Source of the DNA: Eggerthellaceae bacterium
Lineage (GTDB): Bacteria > Actinomycetota > Coriobacteriia > Coriobacteriales > Eggerthellaceae
DNA length: 64,000 bases
NCBI GenBank assembly: GCA_017432445.1
Contig: JAFRJC010000087.1
Location: forward strand, 18,483-82,482
Direction of reading: 5' to 3'
The notes beneath the pieces are model-generated. The model was not told the DNA's origin. It was given only the letters and a program-made list of their open reading frames with translations, and searched no databases. The translations under genes were made by a program, and so were the position numbers. Positions 30,099 to 39,000 of this stretch are shown piece after piece; the stretch's first letter is position 1; each line of letters starts with the position of its first letter.

Positions 30099-31391
30099 GG
30101 GCTATGTTTCAAAAAGTGTGTCTAGATTGAACTCGTAGCCCCAGTTCAAGACTAGATTTAATGGCTTGCAAGTTGGTTAGCCCGAACTTGCATATGTTTC
30201 AAAAAGTGTGTCCGATTTACCCTTGACACGCCTGTTCAGGCAAGCTTTTTCAGGGAAAAAGTTGTCGAGTGACAGGACGAGGGCTTGAATAATCCAAGAT
30301 GCGCCTCATGCGGCGCCGAGATGAAGAGGAACGGCACCACGTCGGCGGGGACGCCGAGGTGGCGGTGCAAGTCGTGCGGGGCGTCCTCGGTGCGCAGGAT
30401 CGACAACTCCGCCAAGACGCTGGAGGCTTTTCTGGCATGGCTGCTGTCCAAGGACGCGATAGCCGACCTCAAGATGAGCCGGGCCACCTTCTGGCGCAGG
30501 TTCGGCTGGGTCTGGCGGATCTGGCCGGTGGCCCCGTTCGCGGGCGAGGTGCACGACGTCGTCTTCCTGGACGGGCTGCACCTCGGGCGCGTCGCCGTCG
30601 TGCTCATCGCGGTCGCCGGCGGGCACGTCGTCGCATGGCACCTGGCGCGCATGCCCGCGCCGGCCATGGCGGTCTGCGACGGCTCGCCCGGCTTCGCGAA
30701 GGCCGCACGTGCCATTTGGCCCGGCACGCGCATACAGCGCTGCACGTTCCACGCCGCCAACCAGGTCAGGCGCTATACGACGCTGAACCCCAGGCTGGAG
30801 GCGGGAAGGGAGCTGCTCGGCATCGCGAACAGGCTCGGCGCCGCCAAGGACGCGGATTCGGCCACGGAATGGCTGCTCGAGTACAACGCATGGTGCGCCA
30901 AGTGGACCGATTTCCTGAAGGAGCACACCGTCAAGGACGGGAAGCGCGTCTACACCCACGAGCGGCTACGCAGGGCCAGGCGCTCTTTGAACAGGCTCGT
31001 CAAGGACGGCGCGCTGTTCACGTTCGTCGAGATGCAGCAGGAGCTGGGCGGCGAGTGGCCGTCTACCAACAATGCGGTCGAGAGCGTCAACTCACGCATC
31101 AGGGACATGCTCTACCTGCACCGCGGCCTGCCGCTCATGCACCGCATCAAGGCGATCTTCTGGTGGTGCTACATGCATACGGAGGACCCGCTGCCCGCCG
31201 CCGAGATCCTGCGCGTCATGCCGACGGACGACAAAGTCGACGGCCTGTTCGCCGCGGCTTCAAGCCGTTCTGGAAGAGATGACGGCGCTCCCGACGAGTA
31301 CGGCAACGGGATCGTCTGGGGCGAGTTCCACATGCCCACGGAATACAGGCAGTGAATAATCGAAGCGGACACACTTTTTGAAACATAGCCC
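30099..31391 (+). mobile_element. IS256-family (IS1249-group) insertion sequence, 1293 bp, with 8-bp target-site duplication
   Basis: Perfect 24-bp terminal inverted repeats GGGCTATGTTTCAAAAAGTGTGTC at 30099-30122, with the reverse complement at 31368-31391. Flanking direct repeat GAGATTGG at 30091-30098 and 31392-31399. Confidence 0.85.
30285..31355 (+). CDS. IS1249-group (IS256 family, MULE-type) transposase
   Basis: N-terminal zinc ribbon (CASCG...RWRCKSCG). DDE/MULE region contains STNNAVESVNSRIR, typical of the IS256 family. TTG start at 30285. Confidence 0.85.
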   Translation: MNNPRCASCGAEMKRNGTTSAGTPRWRCKSCGASSVRRIDNSAKTLEAFLAWLLSKDAIADLKMSRATFWRRFGWVWRIWPVAPFAGEVHDVVFLDGLHLGRVAVVLIAVAGGHVVAWHLARMPAPAMAVCDGSPGFAKAARAIWPGTRIQRCTFHAANQVRRYTTLNPRLEAGRELLGIANRLGAAKDADSATEWLLEYNAWCAKWTDFLKEHTVKDGKRVYTHERLRRARRSLNRLVKDGALFTFVEMQQELGGEWPSTNNAVESVNSRIRDMLYLHRGLPLMHRIKAIFWWCYMHTEDPLPAAEILRVMPTDDKVDGLFAAASSRSGRDDGAPDEYGNGIVWGEFHMPTEYRQ

Positions 31392-31524
31392 GAGATTGGC
31401 TCGAAAGGCAAGCGAAGCGTACTTCGGTACGTGAGCGCAGACTTGAAAGCCAAGATTGGGTGCTGCGGCGCTTTGCAGCGCGAAATGGTTGAGCCTGCCT
31501 TTGGATGGCTCAACTCTTAGAAGC

Positions 31525-31555
31525 GACGAGGCCCGCTTAATTAGCGGGCCTCGTC
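31525..31555. terminator. 13-bp stem hairpin
   Basis: GACGAGGCCCGCT-TAATT-AGCGGGCCTCGTC, about 250 nt downstream of the minus-strand gene ending at 31808. Confidence 0.45.
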
Positions 31556-31807
31556 TAAGGAGGGGATGAATGCGGTGTCTTGGCACCGCTACTGCTCGAA
31601 GCAGTTGCATTTGGAAGGAGGGGAGCCTTCCGCTTGCTGATGCAATTATAAAAAACCGTTTTGAATTGCGTGTGAGATGGATTTGTGTTAATTGCGGAAA
31701 CCGCCGTAACTTTCGCGTTACTTTCAGCGTTTCACCAGTTCACAGGCTCGTCACTTCAACCATGCCCAATTCGGCTCCCAACACCTCATCTGCTTCGGTC
31801 TTGAAAG

Positions 31808-32578
31808 CTACCCCAACGGCTCGTTCCCCAGCAGAAAGGCGGACTTGAGCTCGGGTCTGGCATTGGGAAAGAACGGGCAGTCCTGGCGGAGGCATTCGGC
31901 GTTGTTCGGGAAGAACGCGCAGACCACCTCGTCGGGAAGCTGCATGTCAGATCCGGTAACCGCATTCATGAAGGGTGCGGCCGTGAGCGCCGAAATGTAG
32001 CCTGTGCGCTTGCAGCACCGCGGACCACCGACGTCGGCTATGCGCGCAAGAACTTTCGAGGTCAAGCGCTGGCATTGTGCCCAGGGCTCCTGCGTCATAG
32101 GTGTTGAGCCGTTGAGCACGCTCATCGCCTGACCTGCGGAAACGGCTGCTCCGCACGTACCCCAAAACCCACAAGTTCCACCCGGCACCTGAAGGCTGCG
32201 TTTCTTGAGCTCCGCAAGCGCGGCATCCTTGTCCAGCGGGCTACCCTCCGGATCTCTACCGCCCGCGTTTGCGCAAGCCGCAACCAGCGCAGCTCCCACG
32301 AGCGTATGGTGTTCGGGGCCGTTTGGATAGATTGACTTGTCCTTCATGGCCTCGTTCATGATCTCGATAGGGTTGGCAGAGGCGCTCTCCGAACACAAGC
32401 CGATGATATAGGCCACGCCTTCGGCTCGATGGCATTCGTTGCATATGTAATGACCGTCAGAGCAAACGCAGTGCCCAAACTCCCTCTTCCCGCAAAGATG
32501 GCAACTTACCTCCCGGGCTTCCGTCCAGTACACGAGCGGTTCCCCGCACACCAAGCAATTGCCTTTAACCGTTGCCAT
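31808..32578 (-). CDS. cysteine-rich zinc-ribbon protein (DUF5714-like)
   Basis: N-terminal CLVCGEPL...CHLCG...CNECH, later GGTCGFWGTCGAAVSAG and GGPRCCKR. The family name is from memory. Confidence 0.6.
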   Translation of the reverse strand: MATVKGNCLVCGEPLVYWTEAREVSCHLCGKREFGHCVCSDGHYICNECHRAEGVAYIIGLCSESASANPIEIMNEAMKDKSIYPNGPEHHTLVGAALVAACANAGGRDPEGSPLDKDAALAELKKRSLQVPGGTCGFWGTCGAAVSAGQAMSVLNGSTPMTQEPWAQCQRLTSKVLARIADVGGPRCCKRTGYISALTAAPFMNAVTGSDMQLPDEVVCAFFPNNAECLRQDCPFFPNARPELKSAFLLGNEPLG

Positions 32579-32635
32579 GCCGGATCCCTTCTCGTATTCG
32601 CCGATTCGAAAGTGGGCGTTCTTCGCCCGACAACG

Positions 32636-33451
32636 TTATTTCCTGCGCTGGAGAAGGACGTTGTTAGTCTCGAGCCATGTTTCGACCGTGCCGGTATCGA
32701 AACCATCGGAAGGGTCGATAATCAGCGCGAACATTTCCTCTTCACGCAACACTGCATCCAGCGCATCGGTGAGCTGTATCTCGCCGCCCGCGCCTGGTTT
32801 CACGTCCTTTAAAAGCTGCATGACGCGCGGACTTAGCAAATAACGCCCGAATATCGCCAAATCAGAAGGAGCGTCGGCAGGATCGGGCTTTTCCACGAGC
32901 GAGTTAATCTTCCACACGTCCTTCGATACGGGCTCACCGGCTATGACGCCGAACCGCTTGACATCCTCGTGGGGCACGGGCATGACGGCGATGACGCTGG
33001 CCCCTCCGTGTGCATCGGATACTTCCTGCATACGCGGTAGCATGTTGTTGTCGGGAACGAGCACATCGCCTAAAAGCACGTAGAACGGCTCGTCGCCGAC
33101 CTTCTCGGCGGCGCAGAGAACGGCATGCCCTAGGCCCAGTGCCTCGTCCTGGTACACATAGCTCACATTCATGTTGCCCACGCGCTCCACCTCATCGGCG
33201 TACTTGTCTTTCCCACGCGCGCGCAACAGGGCGACGAGCTCTGGGTCGGGCGAGAAATGGTCTTCGATGGCGCTCTTCGCGCGGCTGTGGCTGTTGATGA
33301 TGACCACTTCGTCAGCCGAACTGGACAAGCCTTCCTCCACAACGTACTGGATAGCAGGCCTATCTACGACAAGCAGCATTTCCTTGGGCTGGGATTTCGT
33401 ACCAGGCAGAAAACGGGTTCCCAAACCGGCAGCGGGAATAAGGGCCTTCAT
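32636..33451 (-). CDS. galU: UTP--glucose-1-phosphate uridylyltransferase
   Basis: MKALIPAAGLGTRFLPGTKSQPKEMLLVVDRPAIQYVVEE is the canonical GalU N-terminus. The ATG at 33451 lies within ORF 32636..33502. Confidence 0.9.
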   Translation of the reverse strand: MKALIPAAGLGTRFLPGTKSQPKEMLLVVDRPAIQYVVEEGLSSSADEVVIINSHSRAKSAIEDHFSPDPELVALLRARGKDKYADEVERVGNMNVSYVYQDEALGLGHAVLCAAEKVGDEPFYVLLGDVLVPDNNMLPRMQEVSDAHGGASVIAVMPVPHEDVKRFGVIAGEPVSKDVWKINSLVEKPDPADAPSDLAIFGRYLLSPRVMQLLKDVKPGAGGEIQLTDALDAVLREEEMFALIIDPSDGFDTGTVETWLETNNVLLQRRK

Positions 33452-33590
33452 TGAATCACCTTTCGACGAGAATTGCCGCACGACCCTAGCACGCGACGCC
33501 AATCGTCCTCTTGGGTCTGACGCGCTTTTGCCTGGCGTGCTTTTCGTTATATTCGGGTTCGGCGGGGACTTGGCCCCGCCGAATCTGCAG

Positions 33591-35096
33591 CTATTTCACT
33601 GTGACTTTGACCTTTGCAAAAACGCCGTTCTGAGCATAAGCGTATACGTCGCACGTGCCCTTGGCGATGCCCTTGACAACGCCCTTTGCACTCACGGTGG
33701 CGATTTTCGGATTAGTGGATTCGTAGGCAACGTTGCGATGCCGACGGACCTTCAGGCTCTTCGAAACGGGAGTGGCTTTTCCCTTCAAGTTGAACTTCTT
33801 GCCGACTTTGACTGTAACCTTGTTCTTCTTGGCTGCGGTGGTCACTTTCTTGTCGTTGCCCACCTTGCCACCAGGTGTGGCTACATGCACCGTCTTCGAG
33901 CTCGAGACAACCGCTCCCTTCGAATCGAGAGCGACGACTATGAACTTGTAGTAGGTGCCCTTCTTGACCGCCTTGCCGTTAACCTTCTTGAACGTGATGC
34001 TCGTCTTGGATGTGGTCGTAAGCTTCACATACTTGTATTTCTTGCCGCACATGTTGCCAAAGACGACGTAGCGCTTCGCGCCTGCCACCTTCGTCCAGCC
34101 CAACTTGACCGACTTTGCAGTGGCTTTCTTGACTTTGGCTTTCAGCAGGTAAAACACCGATCCAGCTGGATCTTTCTCATCGGAATACGTCAGTATTCTC
34201 GCTTCAGCCGTGGCTTCGGAAGCACCTTTGCCGAGGGCGGTGCCGTCCTCGCCTAACTGCGCTATGCTTCCCGGGGCGAGCGGACCGCCGCCACCGCCAC
34301 CGCCACCGCCGGTGTTGCCAGAGCCACCGTCAGGAGTGATGCCGGCAAAGTCGGTGGACAGGGCCTTCGCATAGGGATCGGATGCAGAAGTGATGATCGT
34401 GATCTGGTTGCCATTCTTGCTCTTGCTGTTGATGTACTTGAGATGCTTTTCAACCTCGCTGCCGGCCTTGCAGTACACCGTTACCCCTTCGAGGATGTTT
34501 CCATTCGCGTCTTGGCCGATTCCGGGATTGACGCAGTTGGTGTCTGCATCGCTCGTCACGAGATGATTATATCCACCACTAGCCGGAGTAGCGCTGATGT
34601 AGTAGGTCTTCAGGTTCGGCGATCCCGAGAATGTGCCATCGCCGAACTGGGAGAGGGTGTTGCCGATCGCAACGACTTTCAGAGAAGAGAAGCCCGCAAA
34701 CGCGCCGCTTTCCAGAGCGTTGACTCCAGCGGGAATGGCAACGCCTTGAAGCGTGGACTTCACGCCGCCGAACGCGCTACCAGATATCCAGCACCAGGGC
34801 TCATCGGGATCACTTGCATTGTACAGGCTGTACGTTTTGTCGTTGTAGGTGAAGGACGAGGGCACGGCCACCTTGGTTGCACTGCCCGTGTACTTGTCGA
34901 TGGCGACGCTCCCCGCCATGCTTCCGTCATCGGAAAGCCAAGCCTTGTATTGATATGCGCCAGAAGTCGCATTCACCTGGATCTCGGCCCATGCCTGCTG
35001 CGCAAAGGCCAGCGACATCGCAAGCCCGATCGTCATAGCCATGAGAACCGCTAGCAGCGCTTTCAATTGTTTGCTTCTGGTTAATTGAATGTTCAT
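33591..35096 (-). CDS. secreted surface protein: BspA-type leucine-rich repeats + poly-Gly linker + Fn3-like + Big_2 domain
   Basis: Signal peptide (AMSLAFAQQAWA/EI), LRR_5-like segments (SGSAFGG..LQGVAIPAGVNALESGAFAGFSSLKVV), a G9 linker, and a C-terminal Big_2 pattern (VAYESTNPKIATVSAKGVVKGIAKGTCDVYA). Confidence 0.8.
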   Translation of the reverse strand: MNIQLTRSKQLKALLAVLMAMTIGLAMSLAFAQQAWAEIQVNATSGAYQYKAWLSDDGSMAGSVAIDKYTGSATKVAVPSSFTYNDKTYSLYNASDPDEPWCWISGSAFGGVKSTLQGVAIPAGVNALESGAFAGFSSLKVVAIGNTLSQFGDGTFSGSPNLKTYYISATPASGGYNHLVTSDADTNCVNPGIGQDANGNILEGVTVYCKAGSEVEKHLKYINSKSKNGNQITIITSASDPYAKALSTDFAGITPDGGSGNTGGGGGGGGGPLAPGSIAQLGEDGTALGKGASEATAEARILTYSDEKDPAGSVFYLLKAKVKKATAKSVKLGWTKVAGAKRYVVFGNMCGKKYKYVKLTTTSKTSITFKKVNGKAVKKGTYYKFIVVALDSKGAVVSSSKTVHVATPGGKVGNDKKVTTAAKKNKVTVKVGKKFNLKGKATPVSKSLKVRRHRNVAYESTNPKIATVSAKGVVKGIAKGTCDVYAYAQNGVFAKVKVTVK

Positions 35097-35181
35097 GCAA
35101 GACCTCCTTATATGAAAGCCATACGCTTAGCTGCGCCGCTCTGCACGCAGTTACGCATCCATGTCAAGCATTCTATCGTAA

Positions 35182-35212
35182 CTGCATAAATCAACCTGGT
35201 TGATTTATGCAG
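35182..35212. promoter_or_regulatory. perfect 31-bp palindrome (candidate operator)
   Basis: CTGCATAAATCAACC-T-GGTTGATTTATGCAG lies about 86 bp upstream of the LRR protein start, in a lower-GC spacer. No U-tract follows. Confidence 0.5.
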
Positions 35213-35572
35213 CGTGCTATTTTGCGCCCCAAGGGGCACATTATTAGTATCGTCAAAAGTCAGATGCTCTCCGAGCTTGGCGCTATTGGACAGCGGTGGT
35301 CATTTCCATTGACCGCGCTCGCAACGCACAGGTATAAGGGCTGATCGTGGATGATTGCTTGTTCAAGTACATCCACCCCCGTGTGCAATGCTGCGATTTC
35401 GATAGCTTGTATACGAACCACTTCTTCCTCCGAATTGGAGCGAGCATTATGATGCTTGTTTGACCACTCTCTCACCAACAATTGAATTTCCCTTGTAAGG
35501 GGTAGAAAACACCTTGACCAGCATGATAAGATGCATGCCGATTTGTGTCGCTTCAAAGATATAGGGGTCGTT

Positions 35573-35926
35573 ATGGATTTAGCTCAGCAGGCAAAATTGG
35601 TTGATTTTATCCACGATACACTTGAAGGTTATCTGGGACAGAAGGTGCGCGTGCGCGCTAACATGGGCCGTTCGAAGATCGTCGAGAACAACGGAACGCT
35701 CACACAGGTGCATCCGCGTCTGTTCATTATGGAAATGGACCGCAAACGAGGCCGCACGGCACGCCAGTCTTATCAATACGTCGACGTGCTCACGGGAACC
35801 GTCGAACTCTCCCAGGACGGCGAGCCGCTGTTCGAGCCGTTTGTCATCGAGCCCGACAATGATCTGCCTCCGATTCCTGAGGAGATAGTAGCGGCCGTGC
35901 GCGCAGACGACCACATGCTCGTCTAA
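35573..35926 (+). CDS. veg: Veg family protein (DUF1021)
   Basis: LEGYLGQKVRVRANMGRSKIVENNGTLTQVHPRLFIMEMD...QSYQYVDVLTGTVEL matches the B. subtilis Veg pattern. The ATG at 35573 lies within ORF 35531..35926. Confidence 0.8.
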   Translation: MDLAQQAKLVDFIHDTLEGYLGQKVRVRANMGRSKIVENNGTLTQVHPRLFIMEMDRKRGRTARQSYQYVDVLTGTVELSQDGEPLFEPFVIEPDNDLPPIPEEIVAAVRADDHMLV

Positions 35927-35947
35927 AGTAAGCGTTTAACCCTAACG

Positions 35948-35989
35948 AATGTAGGCGCCTGGTTGCTTTAACAACCAGGCGCCTACATT
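35948..35989. terminator. bidirectional terminator between veg and the giant adhesin gene
   Basis: 18-bp perfect stem AATGTAGGCGCCTGGTTG / CAACCAGGCGCCTACATT with a 6-nt loop. Confidence 0.7.
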
Positions 35990-36033
35990 TATAGGAGGAT
36001 ACGCTCTCAGGTGCCCCCTAAAGGGGGTTCCGC

Positions 36034-39000
36034 TTAAGCAGCCTGCACTTGAGCGGAACCAGCCCCCTCCTCGTCGCCTTCTCCGTCATCGTCCTTACGC
36101 TTCTTGCGTGCCAGGAACGCTACGACGATCTGCGCGATGCAGATGATGGCAAACAGGACCGACCAGCGGTCGAATAGCGCCATGGTCTGGGTAAAGTCCT
36201 GCGTGACGAACAGCAAGACGATTGCCACGACGCCAATCGCCAGCGCCAAGATGCGCAGGCCGCGGTGGCGGTCGAACGCCCTGGCATCGTCGTTGCGTTC
36301 GTTGTCAGCAGCCGTTTCATGCTCGGCGACACGCAGGGCTGCATCTTCGCCGTCTGGACCATTCCCGTCATCGCCGTCGCGACGCTTTCGCCCGAACAGG
36401 CCGACGGCCAGCACCAGGGCAACCAGAACTGCGAGCACGGTCGCCACCACATCGAACAGCGACCACGAGCCCTCTGAACCATCCGTCAGGGCCGTTCCCT
36501 CGTCATCTTCGATCGTCCGCACGGTGGGCACGCCGTCATCCACGACCACTTCACCCATCCGCGAGAACACAGGTGCGGTATCCCGCTCGCTCACTTCGGG
36601 CGTGCCGCCCGAGCTAGCCGGCTCGGTCGCCTTCGCGGGCTGCGCCGCCTGGACGGGACGCGCGGCAGTATAGATAACCACTATCTTCAAATCACCTGCC
36701 GGCATCGCTCCCACAAGGCTTCGGTAATCAGGTTGGTAACCGTTGATTTCGGGAGAGACAACCTCGAAGCGCACGCCCTCGGCGAGCTGCTCAACATGGG
36801 CGGAAGCCGCTTGGTCGCCGTTTTCGTAGCGGTACTCGATCGTTAGCGTATATGCTAGTTGACCTGCGTCGGGCTCAACTTGCTCGGCGCCAGACGGCGA
36901 CTCTGTGACAGTTAGGGTCCCGAACGACTCCGACACGTTGTAGTTGTTTTCCAGGGCGTCGGTGCGCACGTAGGAGAACGTGTTCTCGGACGTACCCACT
37001 TCGGTCTGCGAGCCGCTGAAGAAGTAGCCGACGTTTTCGCCCTCGACGAACCCCTCGTCACCTTCGACCTCGTGACGCACAAGCGGCGCGCCATCGTAGA
37101 CCTTCGAATCGCTTGCCGACACAAGCTGCACCGACCTCTTCGTCACCTGAATAGAACCATCGGCTATGGCGAAGGTCACGTTGTTGAAGTTCGGGTTGGT
37201 GTTGGCGAACTGGTCGGCGGACAGGCCCATGTTCGTGGTGCCCACGTCTGTGCGCGCGGCCGCCGCCTCGCCCGAGAACGCAAAGTCGTCCTCGGTGTAC
37301 AGGTTGCCGACGCTGCTGACGCTCTTCACCTTATAGCCTTTCGCAATGTGCTCTGTGCCGTCGTATTCCGCCGCCTCGACATTGCCGGCTATATGTACGG
37401 TGGCAGGAATGGCGTTGACCTTCAGGTTACCGTCCGCAATGGCGAACGTCACATCGTAATTGGTGTCGGAATTTGCAAAGTCTCCCGCTTCGAACACGAG
37501 CGGGGTCGAGCCCACGTCGGTGCGCGCGGCCTTCGCATTGCCGGTATAGCTCACAGAAGACAAGTCGTATCGCGAGGTCGCATCCGATGCAACTCTCATG
37601 CCAACGGGCTCGCCCAACGAGAGCTCGTAGCCGCTGATTTCGTGCTCCTCGCCGTCGTAATCAATCTCGGCGCTAGAACCTGCAACGTAGACCGTCACGC
37701 GAACGGGGTTCACCTTCAGCCCGCCATCTGCGACCTCGAACACGACGTTCTCGAAGTTCGGGTTGGTGTTGGCGAACTGGTCGGCGGACAGGCCCATGGG
37801 CGTGGTGCCGGCGTCGGTGCGCGCGGCCTTGGCCTCGCCCGTGAACGCGAAGTCGTCCGCCGTGTACAGCGGGTTGCTCGCCTCGAAGTCATAGCCGCTG
37901 ACCGAGTGCTCCTCGCCGTCGTAGACGGCCTCGTCGGAATGCCCGGCGACCTTCACTACGACCTCGCCGTTCGGCGTGATCCTCTGGTAGCCGTCCTCGA
38001 CCTCGAAGACGACGCCCTCGAAGTTCGGGTCGGCGTTGGCGAACTGGGAGGCGGCGAGGCCCATGTTCGTGGTGCCCACGTCGGTGCGCGCGGCCGCCGC
38101 CGAGCCGGTGAACTCGAAGCCCGCCGCGTCGCCCTCGACCGCGTACAGCGGCGTGGAGGACGTCGCCGTGTAGCCCGAGACCGAATGCTCGGCGCCGTCG
38201 TAGACGGCCGTGGCCGTGTTGCCCTTGACCGTGACGGTGGCCGACGCGCGGCCCACGGCCACGTAGCCGTCGACCACGTCGAACACCACGTCCTCGAAGT
38301 CGCCGCTCGCGTTGGAGAACTGCTCGGGGGACAGGCCCATGTACGAGGTGCCCGCGTCGGTGCGCGCGGCGCTGGCCCCGCCCGTGAACGCGAAGTCGTC
38401 CGCCGTGTACAGCGGGTCGCTCGCCTCGAAGTCGTAGCCCTCGGCCGCATGCTCATCGCCGTCGTAGACGGCCTCCGCGGTGTGCCCGGTTATGCGCACG
38501 ACCACGCCTCCGGCGGGGGCGATGGACAGGTAGCCGTCGGAGACGACGTACTCGACGTCGAAGTTGGGGTCGGTGTTGGCGAACTGCTCCGCGGCGAGGC
38601 CCATGTTCGTGGTGCCCGCCTGCGTGCGCACGGCCGCCACCTCCCCGCCGACGAGCACCGCACCGGAGGCCGGCGTGAACGAGGTGCTCGCCCGGGCGTC
38701 GTACAGGTCGCTCGACGCGGCGAGCGCGTAGCCGGAGACCGCGTGCTCCTTGCCGTCGTAGACGAGCGCGTCGTGCGCGCCCTCGACCGACACGGTGACC
38801 GCGGCGGGCGTTATCTGCAGGCTGCCGTCCTCGACCTCGAAGGCCACGTCGGCGAAGTTGGCGTTCTGGTTGGCGAAGCTGCCGGCCGAGAGGCCCATGG
38901 GGTAGGTCCCGACGTTGGTGCCGGCCGCGCGGTCCGCGCCCACGAGCGCGACGTCTGACGGCGCGTACAGCGGGTTGCTGACCTCGAGCACCTCGTAGCC

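Noticed and set aside
30299-31282. 327-aa alternative-frame ORF inside the IS element.
   Set aside because: Its Arg/Ala/Gly-rich translation is typical of an off-frame read of GC-rich coding DNA. The 30285..31355 frame carries the zinc-ribbon and MULE motifs.
30034-31520. Order-swapped short repeats in the IS flanks (GCTGCGGCGC..GATTGG on the left; GATTGG..GCTGCGGCGC on the right at about 31455-31478), as a possible REP element or preferred target.
   Set aside because: There are only two short matches in one locus, so this cannot be distinguished from chance without genome-wide counts.
35260-35556. 98-aa minus-strand ORF in the veg / LRR-protein spacer.
   Set aside because: There is no RBS, it overlaps the likely veg promoter, the region has lower GC, and no motif is recognisable. 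It is probably non-coding.
36400-36513. Looked for an LPXTG/LAXTG sortase motif at the adhesin C-terminus (candidate ALTDG).
   Set aside because: TALTDG does not fit known sortase class motifs, and two additional TM helices follow the basic cluster. It is treated as a distinct tail rather than a sortase signal.
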